NCBI GenBank assembly: GCA_040260805.1
Contig: JBDQPD010000013.1
Coordinates: 1 to 46,152 of the forward strand
Direction: 5' to 3'
Source: Myxococcota bacterium
GTDB taxonomy: Bacteria; Myxococcota; UBA4151
Length of the DNA: 46,152 nt
This document shows positions 1 through 8,294 of this stretch, piece after piece. Under the pieces are notes generated by a model. That model saw nothing but the letters and a program-made list of their open reading frames with translations. It had not been told where the DNA came from and did not search any database. Made by a program: the position numbers and the translations under genes. Every line of letters starts with the position of its first letter. The stretch's first letter is position 1.

Positions 1-11
1 CCGCCCAAAGG

Positions 12-335
12 ATGTCGGTCTTTCTTTGCTTTCAGTTAGAGATCCTGACCTCAGCACTCTGGTGTGGTCCCTACACACCCAAACAAAAATCGCTCTTTGC
101 CCAGGTGGACCAACTACGTTCCGAAGGCTTCAAATGGACCGAGATCGCCAAGGCACTCAACGACCAAGGCATCACCACCCCACGAGGCAAACAATGGACG
201 GGTGCTCACGCTCATTCAGTCTTGAAGAAGGGCAAGGCAAGAAGGCTGCGATTAGGTGCCGAAGTGGAGACGAGCCTGTCTCACTTTGAACTGACCTTTG
301 AAGCCACTCCCCCACATCGCAGGCACGCTGTTTAG
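12..335 (+). CDS. Recombinase-family DNA-binding (HTH-like) domain protein, possibly partial or remnant
   Basis: Motif 'LRSEGFKWTEIAKALNDQGITTPRGKQWT' resembles the large-serine-recombinase 'Recombinase' domain pattern (IA..LN..G..T.RG..W). No catalytic domain is visible and the start is uncertain near the window edge. Confidence 0.55.
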   Translation: MSVFLCFQLEILTSALWCGPYTPKQKSLFAQVDQLRSEGFKWTEIAKALNDQGITTPRGKQWTGAHAHSVLKKGKARRLRLGAEVETSLSHFELTFEATPPHRRHAV

Positions 336-353
336 AGGAGGGTTTTAAAACCT
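292..353 (+). repeat. Direct repeat copy 1 (partner at 899-960)
   Basis: TGACCTTTGAAGCCACTCCCCCACATCGC (292-320) matches 899-927 at 28/29. Both continue N10-TTTAGAG, then weaker similarity ending in CCT. Confidence 0.85.
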
Positions 354-359
354 GATTAA

Positions 360-815
360 TCAGTTAAAGAACCTACTGTTAGCGCAGCCCAACTCTCTGA
401 CAGCATCTGGGAAACAATCCCTGCCTTTATCGATACACTCTTCATAGGGCACGCCTGTTCGCATCACATTACGAGAACAATTCTCGATAGAATACTGACT
501 ACATCTAGCGTTAGCGATGTTCCTAACCTGCATCGCTCTACGAGCATCGCAAGGGGGCTGCCGTCGTCTAGGCGGCTGCCGTCGTCTATTAACTTGTTCC
601 GACCCTTTAAGTCGATCCAGTCCTTCCAAAGACTTGGGTTCGGGTTTGATTTTACCTGGTTGATATTTAGAGGGTTTTTTATTCAATAACTGTTCAGGCT
701 GCGCTGCCTGTGAAACTGAACCGCTGATATCCTCGCTATCTCCTTGATTGCTTACATAACGAATCATTGCGAGGACTATGCAGATATTAAGCACCCAAAT
801 AATCTTATTACCCAT
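360..815 (-). CDS. Hypothetical membrane-anchored or secreted protein with Cys-containing C-terminus
   Basis: 151-aa ORF with ATG start, hydrophobic N-terminal segment, low GC and internal RRRQPP x2 duplication. Confidence 0.55.
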   Translation of the reverse strand: MGNKIIWVLNICIVLAMIRYVSNQGDSEDISGSVSQAAQPEQLLNKKPSKYQPGKIKPEPKSLEGLDRLKGSEQVNRRRQPPRRRQPPCDARRAMQVRNIANARCSQYSIENCSRNVMRTGVPYEECIDKGRDCFPDAVRELGCANSRFFN

Positions 816-898
816 TTAACATCTCTCTAAATGACTAACCCGTGCACAGCCAACCTAATCCCTTTCCAAAGCTGTGAAAAGATGGAGCACTGCTCCCG

Positions 899-960
899 TG
901 ACCTTTGAAGCTACTCCCCCACATCGCCAAATCATCATTTAGAGAACGAGTTCAGAGCCT
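899..960 (+). repeat. Direct repeat copy 2 (duplicate of the 3' end of ORF 12..335)
   Basis: TGACCTTTGAAGCTACTCCCCCACATCGC-N10-TTTAGAG; reads VTFEATPPHRQIII* versus LTFEATPPHRRHAV*. Confidence 0.85.
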
Positions 961-1033
961 AGGATCGCTTTGGATGGGTTGACCTGTGTGATGCCCAAGG
1001 CAGAGACTTGGCAAAGCCAAACAGGAAGAAAGA

Positions 1034-1333
1034 ATGCCTTCCAAGCAGCACTCAACCAAAGGGACGAAAAACAAACAAACGAGCGTTTGTTCTAATAATC
1101 TAACCCCTGGATCACTGCTTACGCACGCCAAATGGGCGATCAGTCTAGAACGCCAAGATCGCTACGGCTTCTTCCGTGTCCATAAACGAGGAAAGCCCCA
1201 CCTAACCCAAGCAGGCGGACTTACCCCGATCACATTAGACAGCCGAACTTGGAACCCAGGAGATCCCGTCGGACTCTTGCTGGAAGATAATCCCGAAGAC
1301 ATCCTGCTGGATATTGAAGGGCAATGCCCTTGA
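1034..1333 (+). CDS. Hypothetical small protein (start uncertain)
   Basis: 99-aa ORF filling the accessory region; no recognisable motif. Confidence 0.25.
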   Translation: MPSKQHSTKGTKNKQTSVCSNNLTPGSLLTHAKWAISLERQDRYGFFRVHKRGKPHLTQAGGLTPITLDSRTWNPGDPVGLLLEDNPEDILLDIEGQCP

Positions 1334-1421
1334 AGGTGCGCTGGCTGCGATGAAGCCCGCCTAACTTCCCAATCCCTTCTCTAAATGGTGAGCAGGCGAT
1401 AAGCAGGGCGTGCTGGGGGTT

Positions 1422-2135
1422 ATGATCATGCGCCGTTATCTGTTCTTTATTTTGCTGCTTTGTGTCCTCCCGTTGGGCGTTGGTTGTGGTCCGCCTGACA
1501 CGTCGCAAGACAACAATAACCGCCCTCCTTCAGAGGACGCTAATCAATGCATTTTACTGAGCGCAGAAGGTCGTGATGCCGAGGGTCAACTGATGGATCA
1601 GATAACCTATATTTATGATGACTCTGGAGTACTCACGACCATCGAAAACGATACCAACAATAATGGCATCCCTGATATGCGTTCGACGCTTACTTATGAT
1701 GATCAGGGCAACAAAAAAACCGAAGATGTTGATGTAGGCAGCGGGTTCCAAGGGTCCGCTTTAGATGGAATTCCAGATGCTCGAACAACCTACTTCTACG
1801 CTAACGGTAACCAACTCCAGCGAGAAGAGTTCGATCTGGATATTGACGAAGTCATCGATAGGGTCACAACGCATCGTTATAATGACCAAGGTTGGAGAGT
1901 GCGCTCAGAAAGAGACGATGGAGCAGACGAAACCATCGATAAATACCGTGTGTACACGCACGATGCTCGTGGCAACATCGTCGATGAAGACATCACCAGA
2001 GAACCTGATGGAATTGTCGAGGACCGCTATACCAACACCTACGACAACGACGGAAATCGGATCAGTCGAACGTATGATAGCGGAGCGGATGATCTCATCG
2101 ACTACCGATGGGACTTTACTTGGAATTGCAATTAG
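1422..2135 (+). CDS. Lipoprotein with acidic YD-like beta-hairpin repeats
   Basis: Signal peptide MRRYLFFILLLCVLPLGVGC (lipobox; ATG at 1422 or 1428) and about 7 repeats of the form D.D.DG..D....YTYD..GN. Confidence 0.75.
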   Translation: MIMRRYLFFILLLCVLPLGVGCGPPDTSQDNNNRPPSEDANQCILLSAEGRDAEGQLMDQITYIYDDSGVLTTIENDTNNNGIPDMRSTLTYDDQGNKKTEDVDVGSGFQGSALDGIPDARTTYFYANGNQLQREEFDLDIDEVIDRVTTHRYNDQGWRVRSERDDGADETIDKYRVYTHDARGNIVDEDITREPDGIVEDRYTNTYDNDGNRISRTYDSGADDLIDYRWDFTWNCN

Positions 2136-2167
2136 CGGTCGCTATTGGAACTTGCCCCCGTTGGAAA

Positions 2168-3994
2168 CTACTCCACCGTGACGGACTTCGCTAAGTTCCT
2201 TGGCTGGTCGACGTCGGTGCCGAGGTGGTCGGCGACGTGGTAGGCGAGCAGCTGCATGGGCAGGCTGTAGATCACCGGCTGTAAGCGCTCGGGGACTTTG
2301 GGTACTAAGATCACTTTGTCGGCGACGCGAGCGAGCTCTTCGCTGCCCTCGCTCGCCACCAAAATGACCGGACCGCCGCGCGCCTTAATCTCTTCGATGT
2401 TGCTCACCGCTTTGGCTTTAAGCGCATCATCGCCCACCAAGGCGACGGTCGGGAAGTGCTCGGTGATCAAGGCGATAGGTCCGTGCTTCATCTCACCCGA
2501 GGCGTAGCCTTCGGCGTGCAAATAGCTGATCTCTTTGAGCTTGAGCGCGCCCTCGAGCGCCACCGGAAACAAGGTGCCTCGCCCGAGGAATAAGTAGTTA
2601 TCAAACTCGCTCGCAAACGGCGCTAAATCAGCGATAATTTTCGCTGCTTCAAGTGTTTGCTCCATCCAGTGCGGGAGGTGGCGCAAGTCCTCGATCTCGG
2701 CCTCGGCTTGCGCCTCGCTGATGCGCCCAAGGTGCCGCGCTAAGCCTAAGGCTAAGAGGTGTAGACTCACCATCTGGGTTGTGAAGGCCTTAGTCGACGC
2801 CACGCCGATCTCTGGGCCGGCATGCGTGTAGATCACGCCTAGGCTGTCCGAGCTCAGACGCGCCACCGCCGACTCGAGCACGTTGGTGATGCAGCCGATG
2901 CGTACACCCTGCGACTTCACCTCACCCAAAGCAGCGAGCGTATCCGCTGTTTCACCGCTTTGAGAGATACCGATCACCAGGTCGCCTTTACCCATCAAGT
3001 GGCGACGGTAACGGTACTCATGAGCGTACTCAACGCTGACCGGGATCCCGGCGATGTTCTCGATCAGGTCACGCCCGACCAGCGCCGCGTGCCACGAGGT
3101 GCCGCAAGCCACGAGCGAGATGTGCTCAACGCCCTCGGCGCGAGCAAAGTCAAAATGCTCTAAGTGCACCTGACCTTTAGGGCCCAAGCGACCACTCAAG
3201 GTGTCGCCGATAGCTCGAGGTTGCTCGAAAATCTCTTTGAGCATGAAGTGTTTGTAGCCACCCTTTTGGGCCGCGGCGGGCGACCAGTTGATGCGTTTGC
3301 TGACGCGCTCAACCGCCTGACCTTGGTGATAGATGGTCACCCCGTCGCGGCGCACATGGGCTAAGTCGCCCTCTTCTAAAAAGACCACATCACGAGTGTA
3401 GGGCAGCACCGCCGGCAGGTCGCTCGCCACCAAGTTCTCGCCATCGCCTAACGCCAAAATCAGCGGGCTCGCTAAGCGAGCGGCGACGAACTCGTCGGGG
3501 AACTCCTCGTCGACCACGGCGATCGCATAGGCGCCCTCTAGACGTTTGATCGCCGCTTCGACCGAGGCTTTTAAGTCCATCCCTTGAGCGCGCAGCGACG
3601 CCACGAGGTGGGCGACCACCTCGGTGTCGGTCTCGGAGTGGAAGACCGCGCCGCCGGCTTGGAGCTCGGTGCGCAGCTCGGCGTAGTTTTCAATGATGCC
3701 ATTGTGCACCACCGCCACCGTGCCTGAGCGATGCGGGTGGGCGTTCGTCTCGTTGGGGCGACCATGGGTCGCCCAGCGCGTGTGACCAATGCCGAGGCTG
3801 CCCGATAGCGGGTCTTGGCGTAAGCGGTTGCTCAAATTCTTGAGCTTGCCCTCGGCGCGACGGCGATCCAGCCCGCCCGCGCCGATCACCGCAACGCCCG
3901 CCGAGTCGTAGCCACGGTACTCGAGCGTCTTTAAACCCTCGACCAAAACCTCAGCAGCCGATTCAGACCCTATGTAGCCAACAATTCCGCACAT
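2168..3994 (-). CDS. glmS: Glutamine--fructose-6-phosphate transaminase
   Basis: N-terminus MCGIVG, GHTRWATHG, SQSGETADT, C-terminus QPRNLAKSVTVE. Start set at ATG 3994. Confidence 0.98.
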   Translation of the reverse strand: MCGIVGYIGSESAAEVLVEGLKTLEYRGYDSAGVAVIGAGGLDRRRAEGKLKNLSNRLRQDPLSGSLGIGHTRWATHGRPNETNAHPHRSGTVAVVHNGIIENYAELRTELQAGGAVFHSETDTEVVAHLVASLRAQGMDLKASVEAAIKRLEGAYAIAVVDEEFPDEFVAARLASPLILALGDGENLVASDLPAVLPYTRDVVFLEEGDLAHVRRDGVTIYHQGQAVERVSKRINWSPAAAQKGGYKHFMLKEIFEQPRAIGDTLSGRLGPKGQVHLEHFDFARAEGVEHISLVACGTSWHAALVGRDLIENIAGIPVSVEYAHEYRYRRHLMGKGDLVIGISQSGETADTLAALGEVKSQGVRIGCITNVLESAVARLSSDSLGVIYTHAGPEIGVASTKAFTTQMVSLHLLALGLARHLGRISEAQAEAEIEDLRHLPHWMEQTLEAAKIIADLAPFASEFDNYLFLGRGTLFPVALEGALKLKEISYLHAEGYASGEMKHGPIALITEHFPTVALVGDDALKAKAVSNIEEIKARGGPVILVASEGSEELARVADKVILVPKVPERLQPVIYSLPMQLLAYHVADHLGTDVDQPRNLAKSVTVE

Positions 3995-3998
3995 GAGT

Positions 3999-5363
3999 TT
4001 ATTTGTCTTTCTTAGGGGCGGCGCGAGCCACCCAGCCTTCGATGTTTCGCTGCTTGGCGCGGGCAACGCCTAGGGCGCCTTCAGGTACGGTTCTCGTCAC
4101 GATCGAGCCGGCGCCCACATAAGCATTGTCCTCGATCGATACCGGCGCCACGAGGGTCGAGTTCGAGCCGACAAAGCTGTTGGTACCGATCTGCGTGAGG
4201 TGCTTGTTGGCGCCGTCGTAATTGCAGGTGATGGTGCCCGCTCCGATGTTGGCACCCGCGCCCACTCGAGCGTCACCAATATACGCCAAATGATTGGCTT
4301 TAGCGCCTTTGCCTAGCGTCGCTTTCTTGACCTCGACGTAGTTGCCGACTCGAGCGCCCTCATGCAGCTCGGCGCCTGGGCGCAGACGCGCAAAGGGGCC
4401 GACCGAGCAGGCGCTCTCGACGCGGGCAGACTCAAGGACCGAGTAGGCGTGAATCTGGGCGCCGTCCGCAACGCTCGAATCCTCAACGACGACCCCTTGA
4501 CCCAGGCGACAGCCCGAACCGATCACGGTCTTGCCCGCAAGGCGAACTCCGGGCGCTAGCACCGTATCTTGACCCACCGAAACGCCCGCGTCGACCCAGG
4601 TCGTCTCCGGGTCTTCAAAGGTCACGCCTTGGCGCATCAAGGCCTCGTTCACGAGCCCTTGGGCCCGCTTGGTCAAGGCGGCGAGGTCCACTCGGTCGTT
4701 GGCGCCGGCGAGACGCGCTGGGTCGGCGGCGACGACGCCTCTGGCCGAGCCCGAAGCGGCGGCGACCAGATCGGTCAGATAGAGCTCACCTTGCGCATTG
4801 TCGGTGCTCAAATTCTCGATATTTTCACGCAAAAACACCGCATCAAAGCAGTAGGTTCCGGAATTGCATTCATCGCCAGCGAGCTGCTCTGGCGTCGCGT
4901 CTTTGGCTTCGACGATACCGACCAGCTGCTCGCCTTGGCGAAGCATCCGCCCATAGCCATGAGGCGGCGCCGCTTTAAAAGTCAGCACCGAGAGCGCATG
5001 ACCTTCTTGCTGGCGAACCAAAGCGTCCATCTCATCGATAGGGATCAGCGGGACGTCGCCGCATAAAACAAAGATTGAGTCGACGGTGTCAGGAAGCGCT
5101 GAGAGCCCAGCGCGCACGGCGTCTCCGGTTCCGAGCTGCTGCTCCTGAACAGCGAAGACCACGTCATCTTGTCCCGCGAAGTGCGCGCGCACGTCCTCCG
5201 CGCCGTAGCCGACCACCACCACGATCGGACTAGCGCCGGCAGACCGAGCGGCGTCGACGACCCATTGGACCATCGGTCGATTCAAAATGGGGTGCAAAAC
5301 CTTAGGCAGCGCGCTCTTCATGCGCGTTCCTTGCCCTGCTGCTAAAATAATCGCTGCTCGCAT
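3999..5363 (-). CDS. glmU: Bifunctional UDP-GlcNAc pyrophosphorylase / GlcN-1-P acetyltransferase
   Basis: LAAGQGTRMKSALPKVLH, hexapeptide repeats, GAGTITCNYDG; directly upstream of glmS. Confidence 0.97.
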   Translation of the reverse strand: MRAAIILAAGQGTRMKSALPKVLHPILNRPMVQWVVDAARSAGASPIVVVVGYGAEDVRAHFAGQDDVVFAVQEQQLGTGDAVRAGLSALPDTVDSIFVLCGDVPLIPIDEMDALVRQQEGHALSVLTFKAAPPHGYGRMLRQGEQLVGIVEAKDATPEQLAGDECNSGTYCFDAVFLRENIENLSTDNAQGELYLTDLVAAASGSARGVVAADPARLAGANDRVDLAALTKRAQGLVNEALMRQGVTFEDPETTWVDAGVSVGQDTVLAPGVRLAGKTVIGSGCRLGQGVVVEDSSVADGAQIHAYSVLESARVESACSVGPFARLRPGAELHEGARVGNYVEVKKATLGKGAKANHLAYIGDARVGAGANIGAGTITCNYDGANKHLTQIGTNSFVGSNSTLVAPVSIEDNAYVGAGSIVTRTVPEGALGVARAKQRNIEGWVARAAPKKDK

Positions 5364-5420
5364 GCTCAGACCCTTCGCAAGTGCACGAACGACGCGCAAG
5401 GGCCGCAAAGACACAAGCGC

Positions 5421-6458
5421 TTAGCGCGACGCTCGATCGGCCTGGAAATAGGTCCCTTCATCCAAGCTTTTGACCCGCTGGAACGAGGGTGAAACGCCTA
5501 GGATCAAAGGCTTTCGGCTCTCGCCGTAAAAGATCAGCACGCTGCCGCCGTCAATGCTGCTCACTGCGCGCTCAGCCTGCGAACCCAAAACGACCGTAGC
5601 GGTGGACAGGATCTCAGCGTCGAGCGGACTCGGCGCCAGCGCCGCCACGCTGCGGCTCTCGCTGACTAAGAAGCCATTGCGCGGATCAACAATATGACCC
5701 TTACGCCCAGGGCGCCCATCAGGACGAGGAACTAAGCTCACCGACACCGACAAGCTCTGGTTCTGCAACGCCACAAAACCTGCGCGCTGGGTGTTGTGAT
5801 CTTTGACTAAGACGCGCCACGGTTGATCGTTGGGTCCATTGCCCGAACCGTACCAACACGAACCCCGAAAATTGATGAGGTAGTTCACCAAGCGCCTGGA
5901 CGAGAGCATCTCTGAGATGTGTTTGACCACCCAGCCGTCACGCAAACCGCCGGGCTCAAGGCGCATCCCCGAGACACGCGTCCGGAGCACTTTATAATCG
6001 CTGCTCAAAATAAGCTTCTCGGCGCCCACCCGGGTCAAGGCTTCTCGAATGGCGCCAGGCGCTGGCTGTTCGCCGCGCATGTCCACCCAAGCTTTCACGA
6101 TCGGTCCGACCGTCGGATCAAAAACGCCGCCGGTGAGCTCGTAGCCGCGCATCGCATCAGCGATCATACGACCCGTCCTCGGCTGAATAGCGATCGGCCC
6201 CTTACCCTTGGCGAGCTGGTTGTTGATCAGCTCGAGTGAGCCGGTCGCGAAGAAGGCGTTATCGATCAGCGTCGCTTCTCGTTGCAGCTGCTTGAAGAGT
6301 TTATCGACAGCGCTCTTACTCAGCGAGGGCTCGTTGAGGGTGACCGACAGCGGCATGCCGTTGATCAGCAAGGTTCGACTCGATAACCCCGGAACCCCTT
6401 TTTTAATCTGCGGCGTTGCGCAAGCACACAAAGACAAAATCAGAAGGGCGCGCCCCAT
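5421..6458 (-). CDS. apbE: FAD:protein FMN transferase (ApbE-like) lipoprotein, divergent
   Basis: TGGVFDPTVGP, HIVDPRNG and SVAALAPS motifs; lipobox-like LCAC; GGAGG upstream of ATG 6458. Confidence 0.75.
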   Translation of the reverse strand: MGRALLILSLCACATPQIKKGVPGLSSRTLLINGMPLSVTLNEPSLSKSAVDKLFKQLQREATLIDNAFFATGSLELINNQLAKGKGPIAIQPRTGRMIADAMRGYELTGGVFDPTVGPIVKAWVDMRGEQPAPGAIREALTRVGAEKLILSSDYKVLRTRVSGMRLEPGGLRDGWVVKHISEMLSSRRLVNYLINFRGSCWYGSGNGPNDQPWRVLVKDHNTQRAGFVALQNQSLSVSVSLVPRPDGRPGRKGHIVDPRNGFLVSESRSVAALAPSPLDAEILSTATVVLGSQAERAVSSIDGGSVLIFYGESRKPLILGVSPSFQRVKSLDEGTYFQADRASR

Positions 6459-6611
6459 AAAGCCTCCAATAACCAAGGTCCGTGGCGTGAACGATAGCGC
6501 CGTTTCGGCGCGACTGAAAACATTGCGCCGCAACGCGTGAAGAATTGTTCATGGAAAGGGGGCGAAGGGTTTGCTAGGCGCACCCCGAAAACGTTGTTTG
6601 GAAACCGCCCA

Positions 6612-8219
6612 ATGATCAACTTAACCGACGTCAGCAAAGGCTTTGGAGCTACGACCCTTTTTGAGAAGGTGAACATGACCTTTTCGCCGGGCCGGCGCTA
6701 CGGCCTGACCGGGCCAAACGGAGCGGGTAAATCCACCTTTATGCGCATCCTAACCGGCGATGAAGAGGCCGATTCAGGGCGCATAGGGCTCCCTGACAAG
6801 GTCGGGATTTTGCGTCAGGACCAGCACGCCTTTGACGAGTACACGGTCATGGACACGGTGATCCAGGGCAACCAGCGGCTGTGGGCGGTAAACCAAGAAA
6901 AAGAGGTCCTTTACGCCAAAGGAGATCAGCTCACCGAAGCCGACGGCGAGCGCTTAGCCGAGCTCGAGATGATCGTCGCCGAAGAAGATGGATACATGGC
7001 CGAGGTCAACGCCGGCGAGCTGCTCGCTGGCCTGGGTATCAAAGACCAACTGCATTATTCGACGATGGGTGAGCTTCCCGCCTCGATCAAGGTCCGCGCC
7101 TTGCTGGCGCAGGCTCTGTTTGGTGAGCCACAAGTGCTCCTGCTGGATGAGCCGACCAACCATCTGGATCTCGACTGCATCGACTGGCTCAAGCGGTTCT
7201 TATGCCGCTATCAAGGCAGCTTGATCGTGATCAGTCACGATCGGCACTTCCTCAATGAGGTCTGCACCCACATCGCCGACATCGACTATGAAACCATCAT
7301 CCCTTACCCGGGCAACTACGACGACATGGTCGAAGCCAAGATGGCGGTGCGCGGACGGGTGGAAGCTGACCAAGAGCAGCGCCTTGAAAAAATCAACCAG
7401 CTCAATGATTTTATTCAGCGCTTCCGAGCCGGCTCTCGAGCCAGCCAGGTCAAGAGTCGTGAACGACAAGTCACCAAGCTCACGCCGACCGAGCTTAAGA
7501 AGTCGAACATCCAAAAGCCCTTCATCCGGTTCAAGGTCGAACAGCAGCCGGGTAAAGACGTGGTCCGCATTGAAGAGGCGTCGCTCGCTTTTCCTGAACG
7601 CGGTCCGCACGAGCCTGCGATCACTGTACTTAAGAACGCAGGGCTTCATGTGGGACGTGATGAGCGCATCGCCATCGTTGGCCCATCCGGCAGCGGCAAA
7701 ACCGCCTTATTGAATCTGGTAGCCGGTCAGCTGGCACCGAACAGTGGCAGCGTCACCTTAGGTCACAACGTCAACTTCGGATTTTACGCTCAAGACAATT
7801 TTGGCGCCATTGAACCGGGCTCAAGCTTGCTCGAGTGGCTGCACAACAAACGGCCTGCGGAGAGCCAAGAGACCGTCCGAGGCTGCCTTGGACAGATGCT
7901 CTTTGGCCGTGAAGAGTGCTTTAAAAAGACCGACCACCTTAGCGGTGGTGAGCGCGCTCGACTGCTCTTTTCGGAATTGATGCTTTTGCAGCACAATCTG
8001 CTGTTCTTGGACGAGCCAACCAATCACTTGGACCTCGAGAGCATCAGCGCGCTCGGTGAGGGACTCGCCGCATATAAGGGCACCTGCATCGTCGCAACGC
8101 ACAACCAAGATTTGATCAGCGCTTTTGCGACTCGGATCTGGGCGTTGACCCCAAAAGGCATGGTCGATTACCCCGGTGACTACGAGTCGTTTCGCAGCAA
8201 GCACGGCTCACTGCGCTAA
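6612..8219 (+). CDS. ABC-F family ribosome-associated ATPase (YbiT-like)
   Basis: Two ABC domains (GPNGAGKST and GPSGSGKT; LLDEPTNHLD-type motif x2), no TM segments, YbiT-like 'RALLAQALF' and 'KPFIRF'. Confidence 0.9.
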   Translation: MINLTDVSKGFGATTLFEKVNMTFSPGRRYGLTGPNGAGKSTFMRILTGDEEADSGRIGLPDKVGILRQDQHAFDEYTVMDTVIQGNQRLWAVNQEKEVLYAKGDQLTEADGERLAELEMIVAEEDGYMAEVNAGELLAGLGIKDQLHYSTMGELPASIKVRALLAQALFGEPQVLLLDEPTNHLDLDCIDWLKRFLCRYQGSLIVISHDRHFLNEVCTHIADIDYETIIPYPGNYDDMVEAKMAVRGRVEADQEQRLEKINQLNDFIQRFRAGSRASQVKSRERQVTKLTPTELKKSNIQKPFIRFKVEQQPGKDVVRIEEASLAFPERGPHEPAITVLKNAGLHVGRDERIAIVGPSGSGKTALLNLVAGQLAPNSGSVTLGHNVNFGFYAQDNFGAIEPGSSLLEWLHNKRPAESQETVRGCLGQMLFGREECFKKTDHLSGGERARLLFSELMLLQHNLLFLDEPTNHLDLESISALGEGLAAYKGTCIVATHNQDLISAFATRIWALTPKGMVDYPGDYESFRSKHGSLR

Positions 8220-8294
8220 AGCTTTTTGCTCGCTGTAGGGCTTGCCGAGCGCTGAGGTCCAGACTAGCCTCTCGCCCACGCAAGGAGCGCACCC

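Noticed and set aside
813..840. dif/XerD-like arm (AGATGTTAAAT on the minus strand)
   Set aside because: It matches a XerD arm at 9/11, but there is no recognisable XerC arm at 6-bp spacing and it overlaps a start codon region.
292..960. CRISPR array or integron attC interpretation of the repeats
   Set aside because: Only two copies 607 bp apart, no cas or intI gene, and no RYYYAAC...GTTRRRY cores.
2136..2167. Tn7 end at the attTn7 position downstream of glmS
   Set aside because: No TGT-initiated transposon end or repeated TnsB sites are visible at the expected distance, and there are no tns genes in the window.
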